NCBI RefSeq assembly: GCF_009914755.1
Contig: NC_060938.1
Length of the DNA stretch: 64,000 nt
Direction: 5' to 3' (one strand)
Source of the DNA: the human T2T-CHM13v2.0 reference genome, Homo sapiens
The position numbers and the translations under genes are program-made. How positions within the stretch are numbered: position 1 is the stretch's first letter; each line of letters begins with the position of its first letter. This document shows, in pieces, positions 13,964 through 29,544 of this stretch. Under the pieces are notes generated by a model. The model was not told where the DNA came from and did no database searches. It was given only the letters and a program-made list of their open reading frames with translations.

Positions 13964-14501
13964 CTGCAGAGAAAAAATAAATATTTGGATTAGAAACAAA
14001 AAGCTCCATTTAAGTAAATACACACACACACAAACAAACAAAACAAAGAAAACTGCAACCAGAAGTTATGATTCAACATGACTTGACATCTCTTCCTTGC
14101 AGGTTGAGTAGGCAAAGAAAAGTGAAGGGGTAAAAAACCACAAAAAACAGGTTCCTCATAAAATAGTTCCAATGTCATTATAATATATAGTATGGTAAAG
14201 CAGACATGTAGGAAAATTCAGGAAGAATGCAAAGTTATAGAAAACTGGGCATACCAGTACGCAGTAATAGAACCAGGAAAGAAAGCCCACAGAGAATCAT
14301 GATGTGGAGGTAAAACGTTTAGGAAGCAGCTATAGACAGCTTCCTTGTTAGAGGTTTCCTTTCTCATGAATATCAGAGCCTGGAAGGAGTCTGAACAAAA
14401 GGAAAAAAACACTCTTCACTATTGGAAGAGTAAATACAGAACTAGAATGCAAGAATTACAACACTACAATTCTAACTTCCTTCCACAGAAATATGAATTA
14501 C

Positions 14502-14557
14502 CTCTTCCTCAAACAACTTGTCCTTCTGACGAAGGATTTTGTCATACAGGTTCCCTC
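14502..14557 (-). CDS. NEK9: NEK9 exon 3
   Basis: ttgcag|GA; GGNLYDKILRQKDKLFEEE; donor GAG|GTAATT; 56 nt restores phase 0. Confidence 0.96.
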
Positions 14558-14948
14558 CTGCAATTAAACAAGACACAGATTTGAATTGCTTAATACAGAT
14601 CAAAGCTTGGCTCCTGTAACAGGTTTTTTTAGGTGACACAAGGAAATGAAGGATTCTGCTTTCTCTCCATAGGCAACTACTTCTTTTGACTTTTCACATG
14701 GGCACAAAACTCTTCCCATCTCTCAAGGACCGCATCAGAAATATTCTTCAAAGATCTCCCTCTCTAACACAAGAGGCGTAATTAAAAAAAAGACATTTTT
14801 AGAAAAGATGTGAGTAAAGACCATTCTTGTTGTTCCCAACAAGTGAAGTATATTCAAAATCAGATTTCTTTTCTAGAACTCTCCTTTAAGGACTCTACAA
14901 TATTTTTGTAACAACTCTCCCAGTTGTGACTACTATAACATCTGGATT

Positions 14949-15270
14949 AGGCTGGGCACATTGGCTCACGCCTATAATCCCAGCACTTTGGGAGGCTGAG
15001 GTGGGCAAATCATTTGGGTTTGGGAATTTAAGACCAGCCTGGGCAACACGGCAAAACCCTTGTCTCTACCAAAAATACAAAAAGTTAGCCAGCTGTTGGG
15101 GCATGTGCCTGTGGTCCCAGCTAATCAGGAGGCTAAGGTGGGAGGGTCGCCTGAGCGTGGGAGGATCGCCTGAGCCTGGGAGGCGGAGGTTGCAGTGAGC
15201 TGGGATCGCACCACTGCACTCCAGGCTGGGTGACAGTGAGAGTCTATCTCAGGAAAAAAAGAAAAAAATT
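14949..15270 (+). mobile_element. Alu (J-like) with a small internal duplication
   Basis: gggagggtcgcctgagcgt-gggaggatcgcctgagcct. Confidence 0.88.
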
Positions 15271-15806
15271 GGGTTACACCTGTGATGCAATGTTTTGTAT
15301 TTATAGGGTATATATTGACAAATTTTCTACTTCACACCGAAATATTTCCCAAAATTTAGGGTCTACCCCTAGACTGTTTCCTATCATTACTCTCTTTACT
15401 AATTTCTTCCTGTGGAATAAGTGTGAATTTACTTCTCTCTTTCCTTTACCAAGTAATACAGACTGCAAGTAATCATGGTTCATCTTACATCCCACCTGCA
15501 ACTGTAACTTACACTTTAGCCCTGGGTAAGTTTTTACAACTTCTTTTCCCCTGCAACTTAATAACTCAGTTTCAATAAATGTATCATTTGTTCCAGTTCT
15601 TCCTAACCACAAAAGAAGTTAACTACCTAGGGCTTCTGCTACTTCGAAAATTTTTAACAGAATCTTGTATATGGCATTGATCACCAATGATCATAATATA
15701 CAAGAGTTTACACAAGGAAGTCGTAAGTGACGAATATGCTGGGACCTCTTTAGCATGCAGTTCAGAAAAGGGCTTTGGAGGTTCTCCTGTGCAATAAGAT
15801 GATTAA

Positions 15807-16891
<1,085 letters not shown>

Positions 16892-17387
16892 TTAGAGTCT
16901 ATTTTCTTAACAACTAGGCTATATTGCTATCTTACAAGCAAAATGATGTGAAGAAATCAGGGACCAGATAAATAGGGCCATGCTTTACTATATATTACTT
17001 TCACTCAGTTATGATCTTTGGACCACTTTTCAATAGGATAGCTTTAGCTGAAGACAATATAAATAAATATCACCTATAAGATCTTATTAAATACTGTATC
17101 AAGTGCTGCCAAGCCACACTCTGGTTAACTAATGTCATTTCATAAAGAAAAACCTTGAAAAATAAAGGTAAAATCCAACCAAAGAAAAGATAGTTTGAAA
17201 ATGGAACTGTAATCACAAGAGAAAATTTGGGTATGCAGGGGAAAATCCCTCTCCTTATTTCGTACACCACTTCAAAAATTCTCCAAGGCCTGAAAAGTTT
17301 CTCTTAAACTCTAGAAATTCATTTAAAGTTTTTATCACTGTATATGTCTCTTCTTATATTCTTCTCCTCAACGTAATTATGAGTCTA

Positions 17388-17606
<219 letters not shown>

Positions 17607-18158
17607 CTAAACACAGTAACAGAGGTATCGTGCTTTTCCTCTTGCCTGGCAGCAAATGAATCCACACCTAGATCTGTAAGCCTAGAAGGAAAACTTCCTA
17701 GAGGGGCACAGACTGACTCCTCTTATTTTTTCCTTTTAACAGACTTTAAAGGTTATGTGTACAATTTAGCATTATAATTTATTGCAGGACAGGGGAAGTA
17801 AAGCATTAAAACGTTGTTGTCATACTTAATTTGCATGATGTCAGTTCCAGGTAAAAATATGGGCTGGGGATAGATCTCAAAAAGATTCTATTGAGGATAC
17901 TATGACAGACTGCTAATCATGATGGTGATTATGGCAGGGCAAGAATACTGGAGAAGCAGAGAACTGGGGAGCAATTATCTATAGCTGGTCCCAGCTTCTA
18001 AAATGAAAATACTAAACTTGCCTCTAGTTTTATAAATTTAGACTTCCCTAGTGATTTTCACCTACCCTTTCTGGATAAGAAAAGTCATGACCCCTTTTGC
18101 AACTCTATAATCTCCTCTCATACTTTTATGTATCCTGTAGCTCCTGATGTCTACTATC

Positions 18159-18457
18159 TTTTTTTTTTTTTTTTTTAAGAGATAGGGTCTCACTCTGTTG
18201 CCCAAACTAGAGTGCAGTCATAGCTCATTTCAGCTTTGAACTCCTGGGCTGAAGCAATCCTCCCACCTCAGCTTCCCCAGTAGTTGGGACTACAGGCACG
18301 CACTGCCACACTCAGCTAAATTTTTTTTTTTTTTTTTTTTAAGAGATGGGGTATCACTGTGTTGCCCAGGCTGGTCTAGAACTCCTGGCCTCAAGCGACC
18401 CGACCACCTTGGCCTCCCAGGTGTTGGGATTATAGGCATGAGCCACTGTGCCTCGCC
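18159..18457 (-). mobile_element. Alu (J-like)
   Basis: Reverse Alu with expanded middle A-tract. Confidence 0.88.
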
Positions 18458-19900
18458 TCATTCTTTGCTGACCCTGCTTCCTAGCCCAGGAGCATCTCCA
18501 CCTATGTAACCCTCCCCATCCTTTTGAATGCCTCTGCCAAGCCTTTACAGTGTTTTTGAAAAGACTCTGATGAAGCTTTTACTGTAACCATGTCTTTAAT
18601 TTTTAGACCCCATACACTGAAATGATATTTGTTCATTCTTTTCATATCTCTACATATGCAACTTAATGCTATTTGTTTACTAACAATGGTCAACTTATTT
18701 TCCTACTGAAATATAAGCTTCTAGAGAAAAAGAGTGCTTCTGAACTTTTGTAAATTCACAGATCTAATAAATATTTGGTGATATGGACAACGCTATGCAA
18801 TTTTTGGGAAGTGTAATCAAATTTAACTCAAAACCAACCCAGTAATCAAGTTCAACAGGATAATAATAAAAAGGCAATGGGCAAGATGTGAGACTTTAGT
18901 TCTAGTCCAAGATTTACTTGTAACTTAAGTGAGCAAGTCACTTAAGTATACTGTTTTAGTTTCTCTAACTAAAATATAGAAATAACAATCCTTATCTCCT
19001 CTTTCTCATTTTGAGTGCAAAAAAGAAAACAGACTACTAAGAATAACTAACTCTAACATCATACATTAACGTGGCATCAGGATAAAAAAGAACACTTAAA
19101 AATATTCTCTTGCAACCACTTCTCTCCTTCTCCATCTTTCAGCCTTAAAAGTATGCTGGCTTGCAACACACACCAGAACTGCAGATGGATTTCCGACGGA
19201 TGAATCACCTTCAGCAACCCCAGCAAGTTCTCATTAAATGTTTACCCTAAAGTAAGATTTTATGATCAAATCTAGTGTATCGTTAGTTTTTGGAAGTAGA
19301 ATAATCACTGCAGGGTTTTACACTAGTATATATTAACTTGGGATTCCGTGATCCATGGATCTCTCCAAAGGATGTGCATATGTGCAAATGTGTTGATGGA
19401 GGGGGCAAGATTACTTTGCTTAGGTTATCAAAGGGGTCCTTGTGCCCCCCAAATTAAGAACTAATGGCTTAGAATATACCAACAAAGTATTTCCCATGCA
19501 TAAACCCTGCAAGATAAACACTGATAAAGAACCAACACACAAAGATCTTCCCAATGAGCTTCAAGAAAAGCTTCCAACTGAGTGATCACTGCTGAACTTA
19601 AAGATAATGACAAAAATAACGGAGTTGCCACGGGTGTGGGGATTTTGAAGCTATGCCCCTCCTCCTCACCCCGACCTTGGAGAACTATATATACAGCATG
19701 AGAGGAAGGAAGTTTTGGCAATACCTCACATTCGTATACCACTTTAATTTACAGAACAGAGCCTTCGTTTGATTCTCAAGATAATCTTAAAAAAAAAAGA
19801 AAAAGATGATTTCAAGGTATTATCAGTAAGCCTATTTTACAGATGGGGAAACTAAAGCTCAAGAGACGGTTAGGTGACTTAGGACAATCAAAAATGACTA

Positions 19901-20401
<501 letters not shown>

Positions 20402-20735
20402 TCAGCCCAGCAACCCCGCGAAGCTCGATGGTGGCTCCTGCCCCCCGACCCGGAAACAGTTCTCTGTGTTTCCGGCCTGGCTGAGTTTCCTCCGCCTTTG
20501 CTTACCCTCTTGGCTAGTCCAGCGGCCAAGGCTTCCCGCTTTCGGGGAAGGCCTGCAAAGTGAGGCCTCGGGCTAGGGTTGGTGGGCGCGTGGTGGGAAC
20601 CGCGTGGAACCGAAGGGCTCCCACGGGAACAAGGGCATCACTGACGGTACGGCCTCTCGGGTCTATTGACCCTTCTCTGCCTCCCCGGTCCGGACTCATA
20701 CAACTTGGAGGCCCAGAGGTCGTCCAGTCTCATCT

Positions 20736-20743
20736 TGACGTCA
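20736..20743. promoter_or_regulatory. Palindromic CRE (CREB/ATF) site
   Basis: Perfect TGACGTCA at the edge of the CpG island. Confidence 0.6.
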
Positions 20744-20852
20744 GGTCTGTGACAAGAGGGTGATTGGGGAAGCATTCCCAGTGTACACCTTCTTCCCCAT
20801 TCCAACGTTGGACAGCATTCTTTTTTAGAGAGATAGTATAGTAAAGATAATA

Positions 20853-21155
20853 TGGCCGGGCAAGGTGGCTCACGCCTGTAATCTCAGCATGTTAGGAAGC
20901 CGAGGCGGGCGGATCACCTGAGGTCAGGCGTTTGAGACCAGCCTGACCAACTGGTGAAACCCCGTCTCTATAAAATACAAAAATTAGCCAGGCGTGGTGG
21001 CAGGCACCTGTAATCCCAGCTACTCCAGAGGCTGAGGCAGGTGAATCACTTGAACCCGGAAGGAGGAGGTTGCAGCGAGCCGAGATCGCGCACTACACTC
21101 CAGCCTGGATAACAGAGCGAGACTTTGTCTCAAAAAAAATAATAATAATAATAAT
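20853..21155 (+). mobile_element. Alu (S-type) upstream of the NEK9 promoter
   Basis: Full-length dimer, (TAA)n tail. Confidence 0.9.
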
Positions 21156-21678
21156 ATAGACAGCCTAAATGTCTGCCTCCGGTCATCTCGGTCCCTGGGC
21201 CGAGTTCTTTCTCCCAGGGCCATCCTAAGTCCCTCCCTCTTCTACACAACTCCAAAAATATTTTAAGTCAACTCTCCTGACACTTTCCTTCTCCCCCGTC
21301 TCTTTTTCCAGATTCAATTTATTCTATGTGTTTTTCCAGATATTTGACCATATGATATCATGAAACATTCTTTGAGCACTTGGTGCCACACACTGTTTGG
21401 GAACAGGAAATCTGCAATAATGTTCTCCCTACCGTCAAGTAGGAAAACAGCAATACGGTGAACAATAGGTGTTCCATCAGTTATGTGACCTTGGGCAATT
21501 ATGTGACCTTGGGCAACTTCTCATCTCCAAGCTTGTTTTGTTGTGAGAATGTGGTCTACATCACAGACATAACAGCTAACATTTATTGAGTGTTATGTTC
21601 TGGGTACTATGCTAAAGGTTTTTTACCTATTATCTCACATTATTATGTATTATCCTATGTATTATGTATTATGTATTA

Positions 21679-22134
<456 letters not shown>

Positions 22135-22823
22135 CTACTTTAAGAGAGCTTACATGTAACAGAAAACCACCAGGCAATTAAAACAGTTTCTATAAGGGCT
22201 ATTAAAGTGCAAGATTCTAGAGAGGCATTTAGGAGTGGCATCTGTCCAAGCCAAACTTGCTGTGTGAGTGCAGGAATATACAAAATGTTAAGTCTAAACA
22301 AAGTAGAGAGATCATTTCAGGTAGAGGCCATTCCATCTACATCCTCCTATTAATTAGAAGGCACTTTGAGGATAGGTATTGCCTCTTGTTTATCTAGATA
22401 AACTCCAGAGTTTAGTTTGGCTTAAATCTGTTAATTCTATTAACTTAATTCTGTTATTCTCGATTAACTCTGTTAAACAGAAAAGATGCTCAATAAATTG
22501 TTTCTCAGTTGAATGGGAAAAAACCAATTACTTAAAATTGGGAATGCTGACTTTCAAAGAGGCTGAATAGATTTCAGCCTAAGCTTAAAAATTCATTTTT
22601 TTCTGGCACCTTTGCAACGAGGAACTAGTTTTCTATAACGTGGTTGGCCTGAAACTGAATTGTTCTAATGATAATGCATAGATACTACAAGCCTAGAAGA
22701 AACATGTCCTATTATAGAGCAGAGACATTCCTGCTGAATTCTTCATTATATTGGATATAACTGAAACTAATTGTCTTACCTTTGAATATTTATAAGTTCA
22801 AAAATAGTCAACATTTATTCTAA

Positions 22824-23119
<296 letters not shown>

Positions 23120-23305
23120 AAGGTGTAAAATTTTAAAGCGCCTTTGGTTGAAACCAAACTATTTCCACATTGTACTTTAACAAGTGAATGGTTAGAATGC
23201 TATTTTGCATTAGTTTCCAATTTGTGAATGGCAAATTCCCAGGGGCCATAGAGTTACTGTCAAGATGAAAGAATCTACCAAAGACCAACCCAAGTTTATA
23301 CCCTT

Positions 23306-23815
23306 CACTGTCTGCCACGGTAGCCATTAGCTACATATAGCTACTCAACACTTGAATTGTGGCTAGTCTAATTTTAAGCTATAGATGCGGTATAGCTTGA
23401 AATGCACACTGGATTTTCAAGATTTTATATGAAAAATGGAATGCAAAACATCTCATTAACCATTTTTATATTAACTATATGTTGAAATAATATTTTGGGT
23501 ATATTAGGTTAAATACACTACTAAAAATAATTTTCGGCTGGGCACAGTGGCTGATGCCTATAATTCCAGCACTTTGGGAGGCCAAGGTGAGCAGACCACG
23601 AGGTCAGGAGTTCGAGACCATCCTGGCCAACATGGTGAAACCCCATCTCTACTAAAAATACAAAAATTACCTGGGCGTGGTGGCATGTGCCTGTAATCCC
23701 AGCTACTCGGGAGGCTGGAGAATCAGCAAATTTTACCTGTTTTTTACTTCTTTAATGTGATACTAGAAAATTTAAAATTATACATGCAGCTCAACATTTT
23801 ATGAGACACCACTGC
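23306..23815. mobile_element. MER33/MER3-type hAT-Charlie element split by a truncated Alu (23536-23722)
   Basis: gtagccattagctacatatagctact...aatattttgggtatattaggttaaat [Alu] ...tactagaaaatttaaaattatacatg. Confidence 0.7.
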
Positions 23816-23850
23816 AGCAGACTAAATAAATGATTTATAAAGCATGTATT

Positions 23851-24183
<333 letters not shown>

Positions 24184-24492
24184 CTACTTTACACACTATG
24201 GATTCATAATAAAATTTATTTGAGGGAGAATGGAGATAAGAGGATAAATAAGAGGCCAGCCAGTGGGTGTGCAAAGCACTTCATATTGGCTCTTGGAAAG
24301 TCGCTTTGTGAAAAATGTTCAACTGTAAGTGAAAGGAGAGGAGAAAAGACGTTTACCTCCTGGAGTGGGGTTTTGCATTGGATATGATAGGCCTAAAAAG
24401 TGAGTCCTGAGGGTTCATATACCGGGGGTGGGGGGTGGGGGTCTTTTAGGAATGAAAGGCAGGGGAGATGGCTCTCTGTAGGAGTGATTCTA

Positions 24493-24546
24493 TGCAATTG
24501 CAATTTTAATTGCAAAAACCACAATTACTTTTGTGCGAACCTAATA
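24493..24546. mobile_element. Partial MADE1 (Hsmar1-derived MITE)
   Basis: ttttaattgcaaaaaccacaattacttttgtgcgaacctaata matches one mariner TIR arm plus TA. Confidence 0.75.
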
Positions 24547-24867
24547 GTAACAGTTTCCAAAAGAGAGAAGATAAAGAGAATAAAATGCCTAGCTTACAGA
24601 ACCATATTTGGTCTGAGGATGCATAATTAAGGATTCTTAATTATATATATATATATAATTTACATATATTACATACAAAATATGATAATCTTTTACTAGC
24701 TCATATAAACTATCGATCTGCAGTAACTGAAGAATAACAATATTTTTTCTCTAATTCATCAGGTATAATTTGCCATAATTTAAAAGAGAAATATGGAAGA
24801 ATTATCACCAATCCAGACATAGAAGTACTCAAGAGTAACAGTACACCTAAAATGGTTTCTGCTAGCC

Positions 24868-24873
24868 TTTATT
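24868..24873 (-). terminator. TMED10: TMED10 distal polyadenylation signal AATAAA
   Basis: tttatt on + strand; UGUA motif upstream and GU/U-rich sequence downstream on the minus strand. Confidence 0.72.
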
Positions 24874-25489
24874 TGAGAAAATTTACACAAAAATCCCCAA
24901 TCCAACATTTACAAGTGAATCTGTATAAATCCCATATGCCTCTTTCCCAAACAAACCAAGAAATGGCTTTATGACAGGGGTCCATGACAATGGTATAACA
25001 AGGCTTACTTAAACTGCATCATTCTCATTTATATTATACAGACCATTTTGGATAATATGCTCAAAAATGGAGGAAAGCACATAACACCCGATTTTAAAGC
25101 TTATTTGCTCTTGTGTCAGTCTTTTGTCAAAGGCAAATACATTTACTTTTTAGATAAAACCAAAGTATAATATCAATTAACTTTTAAACCAAAAGCACAA
25201 AATGTCCCAGTTGATAGTTTCGGCATGAGTAAAGGGAAGGGACATGAAAGAATGTCAACTCCTACAAAGCTTAAGTTTAGGGTCACACTTGGGAACAAAA
25301 GCATCAACGAAATAAAATATTCTCTTCTCCTATCTTCTTGACATTTTGTCACATCACAAGAACATAACTAAGAGAGTAGCTTTCGTTGCTCCTAAAAAGG
25401 GGAAAGGCACCAGTCAGAAATAGGAAAGAAAATCTTGTTAGGCTAACGGTACATGATAGAAATTTCACATTTAAAAGTTTAAAGATGGA

Positions 25490-25795
<306 letters not shown>

Positions 25796-26609
25796 TTAAG
25801 GATGTATCTTAACCCACATATTATTTTCTCTACTTGGATGCATCCTCTGTAACTTAGTATATGTAATACTACAGATAGACTTTCTCAACATTTGCTGCCT
25901 ATGCTAAGGATCTGCAGCCAGGTTCTCAGAAGCAGTACCTACCAATTCTCAACAGCAGATGGCAATGTTGTACAAGTTAACGACAGAACTACTTTTATGC
26001 CACAGGAGAGGAAGACACAAGGAGTCAAAAGGGGGAAAAAAAAAGTTTGGGTTCATAGTAGCAGGAACATTAACAGAATAGCCTGAGATTTTAACAGCAT
26101 AACTCATTCCCTCTTCCACCTTTGTACTTTATCCAGGTCAACACATCAGGGTTCTCTAACGATTCCAGTATTCTGTTTCTTTACTGTAAGATACATGTAA
26201 TTCTTGCCACTGTGATTAAACAAGCCCTGTAATAGTCAGCAGGGTTAAAAAGAGATTACGGAAAGGATAAACTCCTACCTACTTTCTTGGGAGATGTGGG
26301 AAAGATTTCAAGTCACAGCATTTTTCATGACTGTTTATAAACAATGGTCATTTATATCCACACTTTCTCTTATTTACATTAGTTTTGGCCCTTAGGCAAC
26401 TCATACTCCTACAGTGATTATTGGCTTTGCTTTCATAACATGTATTTTTAAGTATTTACTCTCTTAATGGCCCTCGATGTCTATTTTATACATCATATCT
26501 CTTAATTCTCTAGATGGAACACTGAAGGACAGGAATTAAGTAAGTGACTGGCCATGCAAGGGTTGGAAATTTTACTTATTTTTCCTTGGTAGAAGTTATG
26601 TTAAAAATT

Positions 26610-27620
26610 CAAGCAACCACATATCTAACAGAGGAATTTTATCTAGGATATATAAAAAACCTCTCAAAACTCAATAGTAAAAAGAACAAATGACCTAAAT
26701 AGAAAATAGACAAAAGACATGAAGACATTTCACCGAAGAGGATACATAGATGGCAAATTAGCACACAAAAAGATACTCAACATCATTAGCCATTGGAAAT
26801 GCAAATTAAAACCACATGTGGTATCATTACACACATCTATGTGAATGGTTAAGATAAAAAATAGTAGTAATACCAAATGCTGGTGAGGATGTGAAGAAAC
26901 TGGATCAATCATACATTGCTGTCTGAATTGTATGAGTGGCTGTATGTAAAAAGTAGAGCCACTCTGGAAAAAGAGTAGGGTAGTTTCTTACAAAAATATA
27001 TGTGTTTACCATACAACCCAACAGTTGCCCTTTTGAGCATTTATCCCAGAAAATGAAAATGTATGTTCACATAAAAACCTGTACATGAATGTTCACAGCA
27101 GCTTTATTAGGGCAAAAAACTGAAAACAACTCTTATGTCCTTTAGTGGGTGAATGGTTAAGCAAACTGTGGTACATCCATACCATGGAATACTACTCAGC
27201 AATCAAAAGGAACTGCCCCCACTTCACCACGATGCAATATATGCATGTAAGAAATCTGTACTTATACCCCCTAAATATATAAAACATTTTTAAAAGAAAA
27301 AAAGGAAGAAACTATTCATACATGCAACAACTTGGATGGATTTCAAGGGAATTATGCTGAATGAAAAAAGATCAGCCTTGTAAGATTACATTCTGTATGA
27401 TTCCATTCATACAACATTCTTGAAATGACAAAATTACAGAGATGGAGGACAGAACAGTGGTAGCCACAGGTTGGGGTGAGGGTATAAGAAAGGGATGTGG
27501 CTGCGGCTGTAAAAGGGCAGTGCAAGGGATCCATGTGACAGAACTGTTCTGTCTCTTGTGATGGTGGTCACATGAATCTACACATGTGATAATATTGCAT
27601 AGAATTAAATACACATACAC
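26610..27620 (+). mobile_element. Old L1M ORF2-end/3' UTR fragment within the TMED10 3' UTR
   Basis: L1 motifs gaaatgcaaattaaaaccaca, tgctggtgaggatgtgaag, catacc-atggaatactactcagcaat. Confidence 0.85.
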
Positions 27621-27651
27621 GAAAAAAGTTCAAGCAGTTGAGCACAAATAT

Positions 27652-27657
27652 TTTAAT
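27652..27657 (-). terminator. TMED10: TMED10 proximal polyadenylation signal ATTAAA
   Basis: tttaat on + strand about 615 nt after the stop; followed on the minus strand by CTTTTTTCGTGTATGTGT (U/GU-rich downstream element). Confidence 0.6.
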
Positions 27658-28269
27658 TGTCTAAAATGACATTTTCTTTAAGAGTTATCTACAGTTCAAA
27701 GCTCACTTTTATGAGGTGTCACATCCATCACCATTTTAAGAGATATAAAATCATGAAAAGATATCACCAGAAGCTATGTAAACATTTCAGCTAAGGGTAA
27801 AGAGAAAGTTAAGGGTGTTTTCACAAGGAAATTGAAAGAGGGCAATCCAAATGAAGTCAACATGGTCACACAAAAATCTTGGTAAAAGAACTAGAATGGA
27901 AGCCCAAGCTGCTGAGCAAGTGGGAGAAGAAAAGAAAACATAGTCCAAACAGATCACACAAGGGAACCCAGGACAAATGCTGACTTTGGCATTATCTAGG
28001 TAACCCCTATTTTTTGTCATAGGTGACTCTAATAATAGACCTATTGTTGCAAAACCAGTCAAAATCCTACCAAATTAAAAAGAAGTCCCTCATTGACTTG
28101 TTGGGTGTAGGTGGTACCCCATGTCCTCCCACACCAAAAGAGATCAGTTCTGGCAAGAAAGCTCCAACGTGCCTTGATGGTGCTGTTGGTAGGATGCCTT
28201 AGGCCAGGCACGTCCCAGCGATGTTCTGCTGGCTGAGGTACAAGGTGGGAGGAGAATATGCCTCATTCA

Positions 28270-28391
28270 TTACTCAATCAATTTCTTGGCCTTGAAGAAG
28301 CGTCGCAGGTAGAAGACCTGCCAGGTAGCTAGTCCAATGAGACAGAACATTGAAAAGATGCTGAAGTATAGGACCCGAGTGTTTGTTGACT
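28270..28391 (-). CDS. TMED10: TMED10 exon 5 coding part (TM helix and FF/KKxx tail)
   Basis: tttttag|AG; [40 protein letters not shown]; p24-family FF and dilysine motifs; N-E-S sequon across the exon 4/5 junction. Confidence 0.98.
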
Positions 28392-28551
28392 CTAAAAAAA
28401 AACAAAAGCATTGTAAACGTAATGAAGTGAGCCTCCTCAGCTGGCTAAACAATGGCAGGGGAGGTGGGTAAAGGCAATTAATTAACTTCACTCTGTCCCT
28501 AGGTCTAACAGTAGGATTTCAGATAATTTTTCTTTTTAAGTTCGTTATCCT

Positions 28552-28862
<311 letters not shown>

Positions 28863-29144
28863 CTATATATAAATGTTGAAAATTACAAAGATTGGTGCTA
28901 TCAGTTTGATGTGGGTATAGACTAATTGAGGATGTTGTCACCTGCCTATCACAGTAGGAGTTTCTACTCTCTTGAAAATCTAACAAGGCTCATTTACCTT
29001 TAGCAGCAACAACAGCGAAGCAAGCAATTTCCCCTCCATATACCCACCTTGGCAAAACTGAGAAAAGGGTACACCAGAATTGAAAGTTTGGAGACTGTCT
29101 CATTTATGGGTCACTTAAGAAGTAAGAGTCGCCTTCCCCCTCAC

Positions 29145-29271
29145 CGTTGGTATCACGCATCTCCTCTTCTCTCTTCTTCATGTAGGCAAAATCATTAACA
29201 ATAGATTCTGAAAGGTCTTCTAGGCGTCGCAGCTCTACCTCTAATGGTTTGAGCTTCTCAACTTTTGCAAT
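29145..29271 (-). CDS. TMED10: TMED10 exon 4 (coiled coil)
   Basis: ttccag|ATT; [42 protein letters not shown]; donor ACG|GTGAGG; 127 nt. Confidence 0.97.
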
Positions 29272-29544
29272 CTGGAAAAGAATGGAATATTTTCAGCTCT
29301 CTGAAAACATCGCTTCAGTCAAGAACATAAAGAAGGCAACAGAGAAGTCTTTTTTAAAGTTTCACCAGATTTAAATTCTCTCCTATCAATCATCCTAACA
29401 TATTTTAAAATTTGGGCTTCTTTCTTTCCCTATAGACTATATCTTTCCATTTCAGACCTTTTTTGATACTTTAATTTTGACTAAAATCTTAGAAGTAATA
29501 TAATAACCGTAGGCTTTAAAGTAAGATATACTATTGTCTCAAGA

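Noticed and set aside
14555-14560. NAGNAG (CAG GAG) acceptor at NEK9 exon 3
   Set aside because: The distal GAG is rarely used; no supporting evidence
24493-24546. MADE1 as a miR-548-like hairpin
   Set aside because: Only one TIR arm is intact, so no full stem
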